Shown here in pieces: positions 49,720 through 63,300 of a stretch of 64,000 nucleotides of DNA; position 1 is the stretch's first letter, and each line of letters begins with the position of its first letter. The stretch is from Macrostomum hystrix (Eukaryota; Animalia; Platyhelminthes): the NCBI GenBank assembly GCA_950097015.1, contig CATNEN010000041.1, forward strand, positions 1,240,001 to 1,304,000. Direction: 5' to 3'. The notes beneath the pieces are model-generated. The model saw nothing but the letters and a program-made list of their open reading frames with translations, did not search any database and was not told where the DNA came from. The position numbers were made by a program, and so were the translations under genes.

Positions 49720-51345
49720 GGAAAAGGCTAGCGTTGTGAGGGGAAGGCCAGCGTAGTGTGGGAAAGGCCAGCGTAGTGTGGGAAAGGCCAGCGTAGTGTG
49801 GGGAAGGCCATTAGGATGTGGCAGCAGGGTGTGGGGAAGGCCATCTGGGTGTGGGAAAGGCCAAAGAGGTGTGGGAAAGGCCACAGAGGTGTGGGAAAGG
49901 CCACAGAGGTGTGGGAAAGGCCACAGAGGTGTGGGAAAGGCCAGCGTAGTATGGGGAAGGCCAGCGCAGTGTGGGAAGGCCAGCGTAGTATGGGAAAGGC
50001 CATTAGGATGTGGCAGCAGGGTGTGGGGAAGGCCACCTGGGTGTGGGAAAGGCCATCAATATGGGGAAGCCCACATAGGAATGAATAAGGTCAGTAGGGT
50101 GTTGTGAAGGCCAAAAATGTGTGGGAAAGGCCACAGAGGTGTGGGAAAGGCCAGCGTAGTGTGGCGAAGGCCAGCGTTGGGTAAGGAAGGCCAGCGTAGT
50201 GTGGGGAAGGGCAGCGTAGTGTGGCGAAGGCCAGCGTTGGGTAAGGAAGGCCAGCGTAATGTGGGGAAGGCCATTAGTATGTGGCAGCAGGGTGTGGGAA
50301 GGCCACCTGGGTGTGGGAAAGGCCATCAATATGGGGAAGCCCACATAGGAATGAAGAAGGCCAGTAGGGTGTTGTGAAAGCCAAAAATGTGTTGGAAAGG
50401 CCACCTGGGTATGGGAAATGCCACAGAGGTGTGGGAAAGGCCATCAAGGTATGGGGAAGGCCACATAGGAGTGGAGAAAGCCACATAGGAGTTAAAAGGC
50501 TAGTAGGGTGTTGTAAAGGCCATTAAGGTGTGGGGAAGGCCATAAAAGTGTAGGAAAATCCATCCAGGTGGGGAAGGACACAAAGGAGTAGAGAAGGCCA
50601 ATAGGGCATGGTGAAGGCCAGTAAGGTATGGTGAAGGCCAGTAAGGTATGGTGAAGGCCAGTAGGGTATGGTGAAGGCCAGTAGGGTATGGTGAAGGCCA
50701 GTAGGGTATGTTGAAGGCCAGTAGGGTATGGTAAAGGCCAGTAGGGTATGGTGAAGGCCAGTAGGGTATGGTGAAGGCCAGTAGGGTATGGTGAAGGCCA
50801 GTAGGGTATGGTGAAGGCCAGTAGGGTATGAAGGCTAGTAGGGTATGGTGAAGGCCAGTAGGGTATGGTGAAGGCCAGTAGGGTATGGTGAAGGCCAGTA
50901 GGGTATGGTGAAGGCCAGTAGGGTATGGTGAAGGCCAGTAGGGTATGGTGAAGGCCAGTAGGGTATGGTGAAGGCCAGTAGGGTATGGTGAAGGCCAGTA
51001 GGGTATGGTGAAGGCCAGTAGGGTATGGTGAAGGCCAGTAGGGTATGGTGAAGGCCAGTAGGGTATGGTGAAGGCCAGTAAGGTATGGTGAAGGCCAGTA
51101 GGGTATGGTGAAGGCCAGTAGGGTATGGTGAAGGCCAGTAAGGTATGGTGAAGGCCAGTAAGGTATGGTGAAGGCCAGTAGGGTATGGTGAAGGCCAGTA
51201 GGGTATGGTGAAGGCCAGTAGGGTATGGTGAAGGCCAGTAGGGTATGGTGAAGGCCAGTAGGGTATGGTGAATGCCAGTAGGGTATGGTGAAGGCCAGTA
51301 GGGTATGGTGAAGGCCAGTAGGGTATGGGGAAGGCCATCAAAGTG
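49720..51345. repeat. Right subterminal array: degenerate GGGAAAGGCCA units, then a homogeneous 20-bp (GGTGAAGGCCAGTAGGGTAT)n block
   Basis: Seen directly; inverted relative to the left array. Confidence 0.93.
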
Positions 51346-51529
51346 TGGCAAAAGCCACAAAGGAGTGGAGTGGTAACAAGTAAAGCCTCTGAAGCAACAA
51401 TTGGCTTTAACCTACAACACAACATAGTAGTAGAATAGCTAGAACCTAATTATAAACTTAGGCCTATAATTACAAACAATACACATATTTATGCCAGCAA
51501 CTAGTTATACAATTTAGCTAGCTACAGGC

Positions 51530-52108
51530 CTACAGCTAGCAGCTAGGCAATAGTATACTAGAATAGCTAATTATTATGCCTGCTCAATATACAGCTAGCA
51601 TAGGTTTTAAGCTTTACTATATTATTTCTATATTAAACTAGGGCATAGGCGGCGATAGGCCTAGCTAAAAACTGAGCGCCATCCTATTCCTGCCATACTT
51701 TTAAAGTTTAGTCTTATTGTTCTCGAGTTCTAATGGACTAATATGTAAGATATACCATAATGCTGTGACTGTCTAATGTTTCAATGACTTGGAAATAAAA
51801 AAATAATAAACAGCTAGGCCCTGGGCTTACATAAATTAATATAACCTGTTAGCACTTGTACTAAGCCATTCAAATATTTGTCTAGTGACACTAAAATTAT
51901 TGTTACTAAAAAGTAGTAAAATAGATATTTTGCATTAGCGAACTAAAAAAATTAGCAGAAACGGCTGTTCAAATTTGTGCCATAAAAGGCCTTTATGCGC
52001 TTAAAAAAGGCGGTCTATATCATGCTACGATATCATATAGCATGATATGGACCGCCTTTTAGGCGGTTTTCGCCGTGTTCTATACCGCCTAACGTGTATA
52101 TACGGGTG
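51530..52108 (-). repeat. Right TIR (579 bp) of the KDZ element
   Basis: Reverse complement of 33548-34126. Confidence 0.95.
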
Positions 52109-53998
52109 GGAAAGGCCTAATTAGCATATTTGAATGCGAACTACGACTGTGTAGTACACTAAAACAAAACCATTATAAATATTAATGAAAAACTGAAGAA
52201 ATATCCCTAACAAATATAGCTAACAAAAATAATGCACATAATTCTAACTAGCATATTAAATTACATTTAATTAGAGAGACAACACCACAATACCCATTTG
52301 GTGGTTCTAAAAGTTTTTTTCAGAATACAAAAGTTTGACAGTAAAAAAACTACCAGCAGAGTAGCAGTTTAAAGTTTAAGTTGGTATACTGATATAGATA
52401 TAAGCTAGTAAAATTAATCTGAGCCTCCCAAAAAATTGTGAGCAGAAATATTGGATGTAGCCAAGTAAGTAAGTTGTACACTATCAAAGCAAAAAATGTT
52501 GAAAATTGTTTTTATGAACTAAAAATTTAGACTACCGTTATGCAAATTCATTCCATGTAAAAAAACACTTCAAGCATATTAAAAAAATTCTGTGTCAAAA
52601 TCAAATTTAAAAAAATTAATGGCGCTAAACATCAGTTTCTAGGACGAATTCAAACAGTCGATCGTCTTTAGCTTGGTACCAATTCAAACCAAGGAGTAGA
52701 TTCGACTAGGAGTAGATTCAAACAGGCCCAGTTTTTCTCCTGTGTCCATGATTTAGTAACAGCTACGATAAATTCAGGTGTGATTAGCAAACGATTCGGT
52801 GTGATTGTGTGACGGCTTTTTTATCGTGCTAAAAACGATTAATTGACGCATTGTTCACTCAAGGACCACTATTGGAGTAGTCTACGCGCGCTATTGTTAA
52901 AAAATGAAATCAAAATTATTGTTTCAATAAAAGGGTAGAATGCACGAATAATTTCAATAAATAATAAGATACTACAAGGCATGAAGGTTTTTAATAAATA
53001 GTAAGAATAGTAAGGATTGGTCGGCCGTAGCAGTAAATTAAGGCACTTTTATCTGTGAAAGAAATGAGTCAGAAATTACAGGTAACGCATTTGGGCCAGA
53101 TGTACTGCCAGCGGCACAGCCGCCTGTGCCATTTAGGGGCGCCTCTTAAGGCTGCGTACAGCTTTTCAGTCCGTGGACTTGGGAGGCCACCACCACCCAC
53201 ATTTCTACCTGATGCTGGTATACCAGTTTTTTACAACTAGGCACACTGAAGCCAAGGACCACTAGGAGTAGTGCTACTCTTAGTTCTAATCCTAGTGGTC
53301 CTTGACTGAAGCACTAGTAGCCATGTATCTTGCTTCAGGACTAAAATCGTTTTCCTTCGGCTAAGATTCGAACTTCCGAACTCTACTTCACAAGTCCGAA
53401 GCTCTAAGCACTGTTTATACAAGGTCTGGTATACGAGCTTAGTAAGTGTAATTTGTATTATTGTTGCATGAGCTGATTTACAATGTTAAAGTGTTCGTGA
53501 AGATAAATTTTAAACGGAAACACAGGTCTCTAATATTAGACAGGAATCGGAGATTCCAGAATCTTATGTGATCCTGTAACTCTTCATATTTTCATGTCTG
53601 TGGGGTTTGCACTTTAGAATAAATATAAAAAATTTACAATTTTTTATTTTGAAAGTGATTTTTTAAAAGGTATTCAGAGAAGTGGACAGTCACATGCAGG
53701 CATATATTGTGAGAATAAGGCAGCTGTAAAGCCCTGCAAATTAGCTAAATGAGACGGAAACTGTCGTTGGCGCAGGGCAATAATCAGAATGTGAGATAAA
53801 TCCACTTAAAACGATTGGCAACTGAGTAAAAATTCGAATTGGAAGAAAAACATGAGCAGTAAAGTCTAGCTTGCTTGATACTTTGTTCAATGGATGTCAA
53901 AAAATCAACAGCCTAAATATCCAATAACAAGTTATAGCAATAAATAATAGCTAGGTGACGTCCTGGCATCATTTTTTTTCGTTGACATAAAAGGTGGC

Positions 53999-54255
53999 AA
54001 TAATAATAATAATAATAATAATAATGGGTTACGCATGAACCAATTAAGCCAATTGTGCATCCGACAGCACAGCCGCAGCTATTGCGCGGCGCATCTGAGG
54101 GTTGTGCACGGCTGTTCAGTCCATCGACCACCTAATGCTGGCAACAATTTAACAGCTGGGTGAACTGATGAAGCAATCCAGAGTTTAAGTGTCTTGCCAA
54201 ACGACATCAGCCGTTCTAGTGAAGTCTGGAATCGAACCCCCACCCTTCAAGTCAG
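53999..54255 (-). mobile_element. tRNA-derived CORE-like SINE, 5'-truncated
   Basis: B box GGTTCGATTCC, central GCAAGACACTTAA..CAGTTCACCCAGCTGTTAAAT, a tail shared with the 56.7-kb copy, and an (ATT)n end. Confidence 0.8.
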
Positions 54256-54664
54256 GAATCGCTTAAAGGAAAAATATTTTCCTTGTCTAAGTGACCTGGA
54301 TAAAGTATTATGTTTGATACAAGCAGTTCCCACGAGATCAACGGATCAGAGAAGGGTTTTTATTAGAAAAAAATTATTGAAGAGATCGCTTTCCTGCTAT
54401 ATCAGCACCTGAAGGTCACATTAGAGATCTAAGAAACAAAAAGGCATTAGAATCAATAAAATATTTGTATAAAACTGTTAAAAAACTCAGCATTCAAGGC
54501 GAAATCAGCGTACGCGGAGCGATGGCGGCGTAAATAAAAACAACTGAGCAGATTAAATACAAAGTCAGGGAAGGTTGAGGATTCCAGATTTAATCAGCAG
54601 CCACAGATGGCTCACACAACTATCGGCTGCTGCGGCCCTGGCAGGCTGGGCAGCCACAGATGGC

Positions 54665-56517
54665 TCACACAACTATCGGCTGCTGCGGCCCTGGCAGGCT
54701 GGCCAGTCGAACCAGAAAGCTGCGCCACTCGACCTCGTCGTTCAAGACGGGCAGCACGAAGCTGCTAGCCGCATCACAGATGGCTGCGACGGCTTCTGGC
54801 AGTTCAATGCTTTCGTCTCTGACCAGGAGTGCCTGGCACTGTCTCTGGCGGCAGGCATGCAGCATGCGGCTTTCAAGGCTGTCCGGGACTCTCAGCTGGT
54901 TGGCCATGACTGGCCCAATGAAAAACACCGCGGCACCAACCGAGTCCTGGCGAGCCGGGGGTGTCTACTTTGAAAATCTAAATTTGCTTTTCCGTCTGAG
55001 TAAACTTAGTGAAAACTCACGTCATTCAGCTCATGCTCAAATAGGTGAAGCGAGTCGTTGCCGAAATGCTGCTGTCGCATCTGCTCATCTGAGCAGTAGG
55101 GCGCTATTAGGACCCGCCGCTCTTTTAGACTGGACGACTCGGCATAGCCGGCCTCCAGCATGCAGATCAGGCGGCTGAGATGGACGCTCGGTATGCCGTC
55201 AGGATATTCGTCAACAACAAGCACGCAGGACTGAAGGCGCAGCACGAATCGCAGTTCAACCTTGCTGAAGTTGCTGCGGAAAAAGCGGCTGATGAAGCCG
55301 CAGCAGGCCTGGCTGCTGGCCTTAACAGGGAGAGCCGGGTGACTCAACGAGAAGGCGATGAGTTGGCCCAGGCGCAGCAGTTGAAAGTCCTGGCGGGGCT
55401 CCAGGATGCTGCGCAGTACCTGAGACACGGTGCGGCCGCGCAGTCGGTTCAGGGCCTCGCGTAGAATGGCCGACTGGGCGGTGTTTAGGGTTGGGAAATG
55501 CAAATTCCATGGGCGCTTTAGTTTAGATGGCTGCAAAGCGCTCTGTCCATTTCTGGCTCGCTTTGGGGGTAGAAACTATCATGTGATTGAGAAAGCCAAC
55601 TGCTTATCGAAGGGAAACAGCTGATTATTAGGCGAACAGCTGGTTATTAGACTGAGCAGTCAGCAAAGAGCTGTGACTACAACAGGAAATCCTGGGCTGC
55701 TCACCGTACTGTCGAATCGTTCCAGCTGGGTGAGGCCAGCCAGTTTGAGCAGCTGATGGTAGCCCCTGCAGATGTCTCCGCGATGCCTGGTTCCAAACCT
55801 GTCAATGTAGCCGGTCACCATCTGCCACCCCGAACTGAATGTTGGGGAGAACAGCACTTCGAACTTGGAGTTCAGCAGGCTGGCATCCAGATCCCTGGTC
55901 AGGGAATTCGCCGTGACCAAACAGCCCAGCTGGAAGAAGTGCCGCAGCGAGTCATCCTGCACAGAGCAGGCCAGGTCGGCGAGGCAGTGGCGAAGATCGG
56001 CACAGGGGGAGTATTTTCTGGTTGCCATCATCAGCCTGGCCACGCTCGCCTGTCATTTGGTAGTTCGGGTGGGTGGGCGAGATGCGGAATGTTCATGGTG
56101 GGATTCTGAATTCGCCTAGTGGAATGGAATGCAGAATGGCCTTGACTCTTGTGAGGATGCAGAATGCTTCTGTTGGAATGAGTATGTTAAGAAAATAACA
56201 AAGAAAATCATTGAAGTGCATTGAAAAGACTTGCTGACCTGACTGCTTTCAAACAGCAAAAAAAGCAGGCAACGGAAGCCCTCAGCACTGGTAAGTATTC
56301 GGTTTTGAAACTGAGGCTCCAATGCTGCAGCAAGACCATTAAGTGCTGCCTGGCCATCCTGATTCACCAGGTTATTCAGGGCTTCAACAAAGCGAGCAAG
56401 GACTGCACTCGACACAGCAGACAAGTTGAAGTAATCTAGCAGAACATCATAAAATATTTTTTTATTGCCATGAACATCAATCCATGGGTCATGCAGAAGT
56501 GGCAAGTTATAAGCCAT
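54665..56517 (-). CDS. Uncharacterised protein (~492 aa); exons 56517-56239, 56049-55705, 55575-55021, 54964-54665
   Basis: Four open, non-repetitive segments joined by three phase-0 GT-AG introns (donors GTCAGC, GTGAGC, GTGAGT). No family recognised. Confidence 0.65.
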
Positions 56518-56661
56518 CTGTGAATATTTCAGAGCTACAGTCATTTGGGCAATAAAGGAGTGATTTAATAAAAAAAGAAAAACAATTTTACATTTTTATG
56601 GTAAACAAAAAAATAAAATTAGATAGCTTCTGTGATTTGTGATTAGGCTACTACCACTAGA

Positions 56662-56980
56662 GAGGTTGTAGCCTAGTGGTTAGGGCGTCGGACTCACGAC
56701 TTGATGGTCGGGGGTTTGATTCCCATCTCCACTGGAACAATTTGTGTCCTTTAGCAAGACACTTAACTCTGCATTGCTTCAGTTCACCCAGCTGTTAAAT
56801 GGGTACCAGAATTAGCTGGGATAATTGAAGGTGGGTGTGGCGTCCCCCCAGTCCATGGACTGAACAGCCGTACGCAGCCTTCAGATGCGCCGCACAATAG
56901 CTGCGGCTGTGCTGTCGGCTGCACATCTGGCCCGATTGGGGCAGGTGTAATCAATTATGATTAATTATTAACTATTATTA
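56662..56980 (+). mobile_element. tRNA-derived CORE-like SINE, near full length
   Basis: A box TAGCCTAGTGG, B-box-like GGTTTGATTCC, MIR-CORE-like TGTGTCCTTTAGCAAGACACTTAAC..CTGTTAAATGGG, and an (ATT)-rich tail. Confidence 0.82.
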
Positions 56981-59466
56981 GATAGCTAGCTTAGATAAGT
57001 AGAGTCAACCCAGTTTACAAGCTACCTAGCTGGTGTAGGACCAAGACTGCCACACACCAAGACCACCATGGCTGGGGTAGGGTTCAGGGGGAATAGATGA
57101 TGGACGATGGTCTAATATTGGATAGCTTGGGGTGTGTAGATGTTAGGTTGGTAGCCTGGGGTCTTGACTCTAGAACAACAAGCAGGGGGTTTGTCAGTTG
57201 GCAGTCAAGTAAGTCAAGTTCCAAGGAGACAGAGAGAGGGAGAGGGGGAAAGAGACAAAAGGATCATGGAAAAAAGAAAGGAAGGGAGACAGAGGAAAAT
57301 AGACGGGGAGAGGGAGACAGAAGGTTGAGGCAGAGAAAGGTTGAGTCAGAAAGGGATGAATAATGGGAATAAATATTTGTTTACATTACTCATTAGTCCC
57401 CAAGGCCTAATACAATACAATAGAAAGGCAGATGATCAAGATAATGCAGGTGCAGTTGAGGAAAAGCAGACTAGAAAACTATAGAACCAGACTAAGAAAA
57501 TGCATTTATATATGGAGAAGGAAAGTGAGCCGCTAGCAAAAAGATCACCTTGATGTACAATCCTTGGTACCTACCCTACTCAATGAAATCTGTAGGGGCC
57601 TATAATATCCCAAATCTGATATATTGTAGGTCATGATATAAATAATAAATAGAAAGCTCTTTCTTGGCAATTTGCTAGCTTCACAAAAAATCACAATCAG
57701 CATATGCATACGCATTACACATTATGTGTAGATTCTGCTATACACATTAGCCAAAACTCTTTCAGTTTTATATGATTTGAACATAACTCTGTGCCAACTC
57801 TATGCTACTGACTATGGAAGCTTGTGAAGTCTTTAGTAAAAAATTGTCATTTTGTTTAGATAAGCTCATTTTTATTTGCCTTTTAGAGCCCTTCAATTTA
57901 GCCTCTGATCAGTTGATTTTTGTAACTTACTTTGTTGGGTCCTAATTTCACCTGGTCAATTTAGCCAATTTGGCCAGATGTTGTGCATGTACAAGGAATG
58001 TGTTGTGCGTGGCAGTCTTGGTCATGTGCCACCTTGCTAGCCCCTCTAAATTTTTTATTTGCTTTGATTTACACCTTTGAACCTAGTTGATTAATATAAA
58101 CATAGCTAACACTATCGATGTATGTAATGCAAGGCTACGTTGGTTCTATTCTATAAACAGCTTGTATACTATATATTTTTTTCAACAGGGGCCTAATATA
58201 TTATCTTATTTATTTCAGCTTAGTGATATCACAAATTAAATCTTCATATCACAGTAGGCCATTGTCAATTGTCAGTTTTATTATAATAAAATAAAACGAA
58301 AATATTTAGCCTGCTATATATATATATATATAGATTGCAATAGAATATATATTGAAGCAACTGTATTTAAAGCTGATCTAAAAATATATTCCTGATAAGC
58401 AGTAATAGTTACTACGTTAGTACTTTTATCGTAGGGTGCTTTAAAAGTTAAGTGCGTATGGGACTCATGGTCTACTCTAAATTAAATAGGCCTATTCCTT
58501 CTGGCAGATTTGTTTCGTTTCAATGAGCGTATATACTAGTACACACGATTTTTTCCCTTTTGCAAAAAATCAATTTTTCTTTTATGCCAGTGCAATGCGC
58601 ACAAGGTGCAATTGCGTTGCAACTATTCATTTTGTGCTAAATAACTTCCAGTTGGCTATCAGTTTGTTTAACTGGATGCAATAATTTAAATGTTTTTTAT
58701 TTCTTCGAAATAGTTCAAATCGGACGTCGATTCGACGGCGGTCGTGTTTTGCGAGTAGAATTTCTTTTTCATAGATTGAAAAGCCAGGAAAATTGCTGTG
58801 TTTTGGAAATTTAAGAACCTGGTCTGGTCTAGAAGCGCGGTTTAGGAACGTGGTCTTGTTTATAATATTGATATTTTTTATTTAAAAACGCGTTTGTGCT
58901 GAAAAGTGATACTTTTCTGCCTCTTGTACTTTTAATGGTTTAGTATATGGCATAACTAAAGTTCCGTTCGTTAAATTATTCAGAATTTAGTTAACAAAGT
59001 GCAACTAAACTTAGCTAAGTTACGTGGAGAATATAATTTCAGTAAAAAGCACTTTGCTTTGAAAAATTATAGAGGTTGAAAAGTTATAAAATGATTGAAG
59101 TCAAGAGTAACATTAGGCCTAACATGTTAAATGAAACAATACAACTATCATAGGCCTGGCTATGGCAGTCATGTTTGTTCAAAAAGTTTTTTTGTTCAAA
59201 ATTTATGTCTTACTCCCAGATCCCAGTGAAACATTCAATTAAAAATAAGATGTTTCCTTCTGCCATGACAGCAATAGAAGACTTAAACTCTGCACTGGCC
59301 CCTAGGGCCATGCTCTATGATGTGAGCTCACATTGATTTAAAGTTGGAGTGAGGAGAAGTAGAAGCAGAAGCATCATCTTAGCTCATTCTGTCAACATAT
59401 TTTATAGTGAGCTAGAGGGTACATATATAGCAAGAAGAATCAAGGGCAATCCTAAAGATTCTTGCG

Positions 59467-59877
59467 TTAATTTATTTCACACACTTTTATGGAACTTTTA
59501 TGGAACTTTTTACTTACAGAGCTTTCATATGACTGCCTTGGAAGAAGGAACCACACCAGATTGACCATTGTCAGCAACAAGTCTTGCAGCTCCAGCAGAC
59601 ACCATCCACATAGTCTCAACCAGCCCGCCTATGAATGACATGGCATGTTGGTGCAGTGCTCACAGTCCCTACTGTTTCGCAGAAGCCCATACTTGGCCAG
59701 CCACTGGATGCCTGTCTCAACAGTTAGTGCTGTCAATTCAAGATGGTTGATGCTGAGTTCAGCTAGTTCAATAGTTGGTTGAACTTCTTGAGGATCCAAT
59801 ATTGTCTTGGGTGCTGGAGGTCACCCTGCCATAATTCTGTGGCTGGAATGTGCATAAAAGTGTGTGAAATAATTTAA
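59467..59877. mobile_element. Possible MITE
   Basis: 20-bp inverted repeats TTATTTCACACACTTTTATG (59472-59491 and 59853-59872), with TTAA 1 nt outside each end. Confidence 0.35.
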
Positions 59878-60327
59878 TGTGGGAATCTTCAGTATTGCTT
59901 AATCAAGGATAGAGCAGAGAAAGGTTTTATACAGGAGCACTTGGTTTTCATCCTGCATTGCCATTGCTGTTGTCATGGCAGTACCAGCCTCCTTATTGAT
60001 TATATGGCTGTCTCTTAGCTAAGCTGTACTGTTTGGCAAGCAAATCTTCTCTTCCAAGTTGGGCATTGGCTCTTGCTCATCAAGAGCTTTTTTTATCACT
60101 TCACCAGAACAGCAACTTGGCAACATCTATAAAAATCAATATTTTTATAGCAGATCAGGATTCCAAGATGTTCATGCCTTGTTAAGTAAATGAGTTTGGT
60201 CATTAAGTTGCCTTGGACATTGTCACCAATATGACTTTAGTCATTTATATTTGAAACGGATAGTTATGCTATATACTTTTACGATTTTCTCTGCAAAGAA
60301 TCTCGCCTCCATCGCTCTTCAGCAGCC

Positions 60328-63300
60328 ATGATGTCGCAGTCAGCAGAAAGTCTGACAGCAGCTCCAGTGGACGATGGCATGTCTGCAATGGCTCTAGAAG
60401 AGCAGCAGCAGCAGGCTGAAGATACTCGCATTGTTGTGAAGCTGGCCTCGGGTCGTTCCGGCCTTCACAATCTTCAGCAGCGGCCGCGCACCTCTCAGCC
60501 GTGCTGGAAGCCCTGCCAGAGCTGCGGCATCGAGCAGTTCTGGTTTGTGCGCGACCTCTGCGGCATGACCTGCGCCGGGTTCACCTGGCTGCTGCTCATG
60601 TTCGCCGAGGCAGTCCTAATCTCCGTAGTGCTCATTCCTGCGCCATCATTGGCCTTCAAAATAGTTGGAGCCATCGTCTATCACTGCCTAGCCTTCATGG
60701 CTGGCTGCTCGCACATTCGGGCTGTTCTCACCGACCCGGTGAGTCTGTGAGCTGGGCTGAGTTGTTTTATTGAGACTAACGGCATTTGTTTATATTTTAG
60801 ATCAGCTTAGCAAGGTCTTTCATTTATAGCCTTATGCTAGGAACTTGACTTAACTTAGCGGCAGGGAGCCTCCATGACGGATATGCTAGGAACAGGTACC
60901 AAAAGAAAAAATTGAAAATAAATTTTACAACGATCCATTTTAAATTTCCAGAACCCACAGTAAGATTCTGGATCCATTAGTTAGACTCTAGGATACATCT
61001 TTAAAATATTGTTTAAGAGAAGAGAGAGATTCTGTGGAAGAACAGTGAGATTCAAATATAGATCAGTGAGATTTCAGAATTGATCAGTGAGATTCTAAAA
61101 CAGATCAGTGAGATTCTAAAACAGATCAGTGAGATTCTAAAACAGATCAGTGAGATTCTAAAACAGATCAGTGAGATTCTAAAACAGATCAGTGAGATTC
61201 TAAAACAGATCAGAGAGATTCTAAAACAGATCAGTGAGATTCTAAATCAGATCAGTGAGATTCTAAAACAGATCAGTGAGATTCTAAATCAGATCAGAGA
61301 GATTCTAAAACAGATCAGTGAGATTCTAAATCAGATCAGTGAGATTCTAAATCAGATCAGTGAGATTCTAAATCAGATCAGAGAGATTCTAAATCAGATC
61401 AGTGAGATTCTAAATCAGATCAGAGATTCTAAAACAGATCAGAGAGATTCTAAATCAGATCAGAGAGATTCTAAATCAGATCAGAGAGATTCTAAATCAG
61501 ATCAGAGAGATTCTAAATCAGATCAGTGAGATTCTAAATCAGATCAGAGAGATTCTAAAACAGATCAGAGAGATTCTAAATCAGATCAGAGAGATTCTAA
61601 AACAGATCAGAGAGATTCTAAAACAGATCAGAGAGATTCTAAATCAGATCAGAGAGATTCTAAATCAGATCAGAGAGATTCTAAATCAGATCAGAGAGAT
61701 TCTAAATCAGATCAGTGAGATTCTAAATCAGATCAGTGAGATTCTAAATCAGATCAGTGAGATTCTAAAATAGATCAGTGAGATTCTAAATCAGATCAGT
61801 GAGATTCTAAAACAGATCAGTGAGATTCTAAATCAGATCAGTGAGATTCTAAATCAGATCAGTGAGATTCTAAATCAGATCAGTGAGATTCTAAATCAGA
61901 TCAGTGAGATTCTAAATCAGATCAGTGAGATTCTAAATCAGATCAGTGAGATTCTAAATCAGATCAGAGAGATTCTAAATCAGATCAGAGAGATTCTAAA
62001 TCAGATCAGAGAGATTCTAAATCAGATCAGAGAGATTCTAAAACAGATCAGTGAGATTCTAAATCAGATCAGTGAGATTCTAAATCAGATCAGTGAGATT
62101 CTAAGAAAGAACAGTGGGGTTCTAAGAAAGAACAGGGAGATTCTAAATCAGATCTGTGAGATTCTAAAATTGATTAGAGATGTTTATTTAAAAAATAGCA
62201 GTGAGATTTGAAAAAATTTTGGGATTCAGAGAAGCACCAGCACTTCAAAATGACCACTGGCCACTAACTGACTGACCGCTAACACCTATCCAAGGGCACC
62301 GTTCCGCTCAACAACGACACGAAGGAGAACCTGCTGCGCCTGGCACCAGCCGCCGCTGACGGTCAGCAGGAGCGGGTGGTGTACCGCTGCCCTCGCTGCA
62401 GCTGCATCAAGCCGGACCGGGCGCACCACTGCAGCATCTGCCGGCGTTGCATTCGCCGCATGGACCACCACTGCCCCTGGGTGAACAACTGCGTTGGAGA
62501 GGCCAACCAGAAATTCTTCATTCTGTTCACTGTGAGTCCACTCAGCCGCCTATGCCTCACCATCTACTCTTCTGCCACAGACCGTTTTATGCACCCTCCC
62601 TGTGTTAAGAATCCCTTGCTGTAATCCCATTGTGTTAGATCCCTATACGGGTAGTTTTGATCCCATCGTTTTAGATCCCTCAGCGAGTCTCTAATTCCAG
62701 GGAGGGGGGCATGACTATCCTAAATGAGCCTATTCTGCTAGAATCGTGATCCCAACCTATCTCCACATTCGCAGAGCTACATCGCGCTAACCAGCTTCTT
62801 TGCCATCTACCTGTGCATTCACGAATTCGTCACCTGCATTGGCAGCGACTGGCAGGGTGAGTGTTAAGCTTTACTTGATGCGCATTGCTGATAATCTTAT
62901 CCATTTTCTTCTGAACATTGTTCTTAGATTCTAATTGCTATTGCAGCCTGCCGCAATGGGCCGCTGCCACCTGTGAGCACCCTACTGCTGTTTGCACTGG
63001 TCATCACAGGCCTGGTGTTTGGCCTCTTCACCCTGGTCATGTCCTGCTCACAGCTGGTGTCCATTGTGTCCGACACAACGGTTAGCAAACTCACCAGCAC
63101 TTTTATCTGTGTACTTTTGCTTCTGTCAGCGCCGTTAGTTTGATAAGGCTGCGTTAGAGCCATCGTTTTAGTGGTCAGGGTCATGCTCCCTGATGCTTGG
63201 ATGTACAGTGCCCTAACTGATCTATCAGTGCCCGCTGATAGGTCGGCTAAAATAGGGTCAGTGCCCTCTGATAGGTCGGCTAAAATGGGGTCAGTGCCCT

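Larger units (their letters stand above)
33548..52108. mobile_element. 18.6-kb KDZ-class (Kyakuja-Dileera-Zisupton) DNA transposon with long TIRs and a 7-bp TSD
   Basis: 579-bp TIRs, GGAAAGG directly outside both ends, an internal CxC-KDZ transposase and an accessory gene. Confidence 0.9.

Noticed and set aside
49522-51425. MAFPTP/HHTLLAFTIPYWPSPYPTG repeat ORFs
   Set aside because: Translations of the subterminal 20-bp arrays.
56662-56735. tRNA gene
   Set aside because: It has A/B boxes but no clean cloverleaf and continues into the SINE body and tail shared with another copy.
61080-61529. ISEILKQ coiled-coil-like ORF
   Set aside because: A 21-bp satellite inside the phase-0 ZDHHC intron 1, with no splice sites linking it to the gene.
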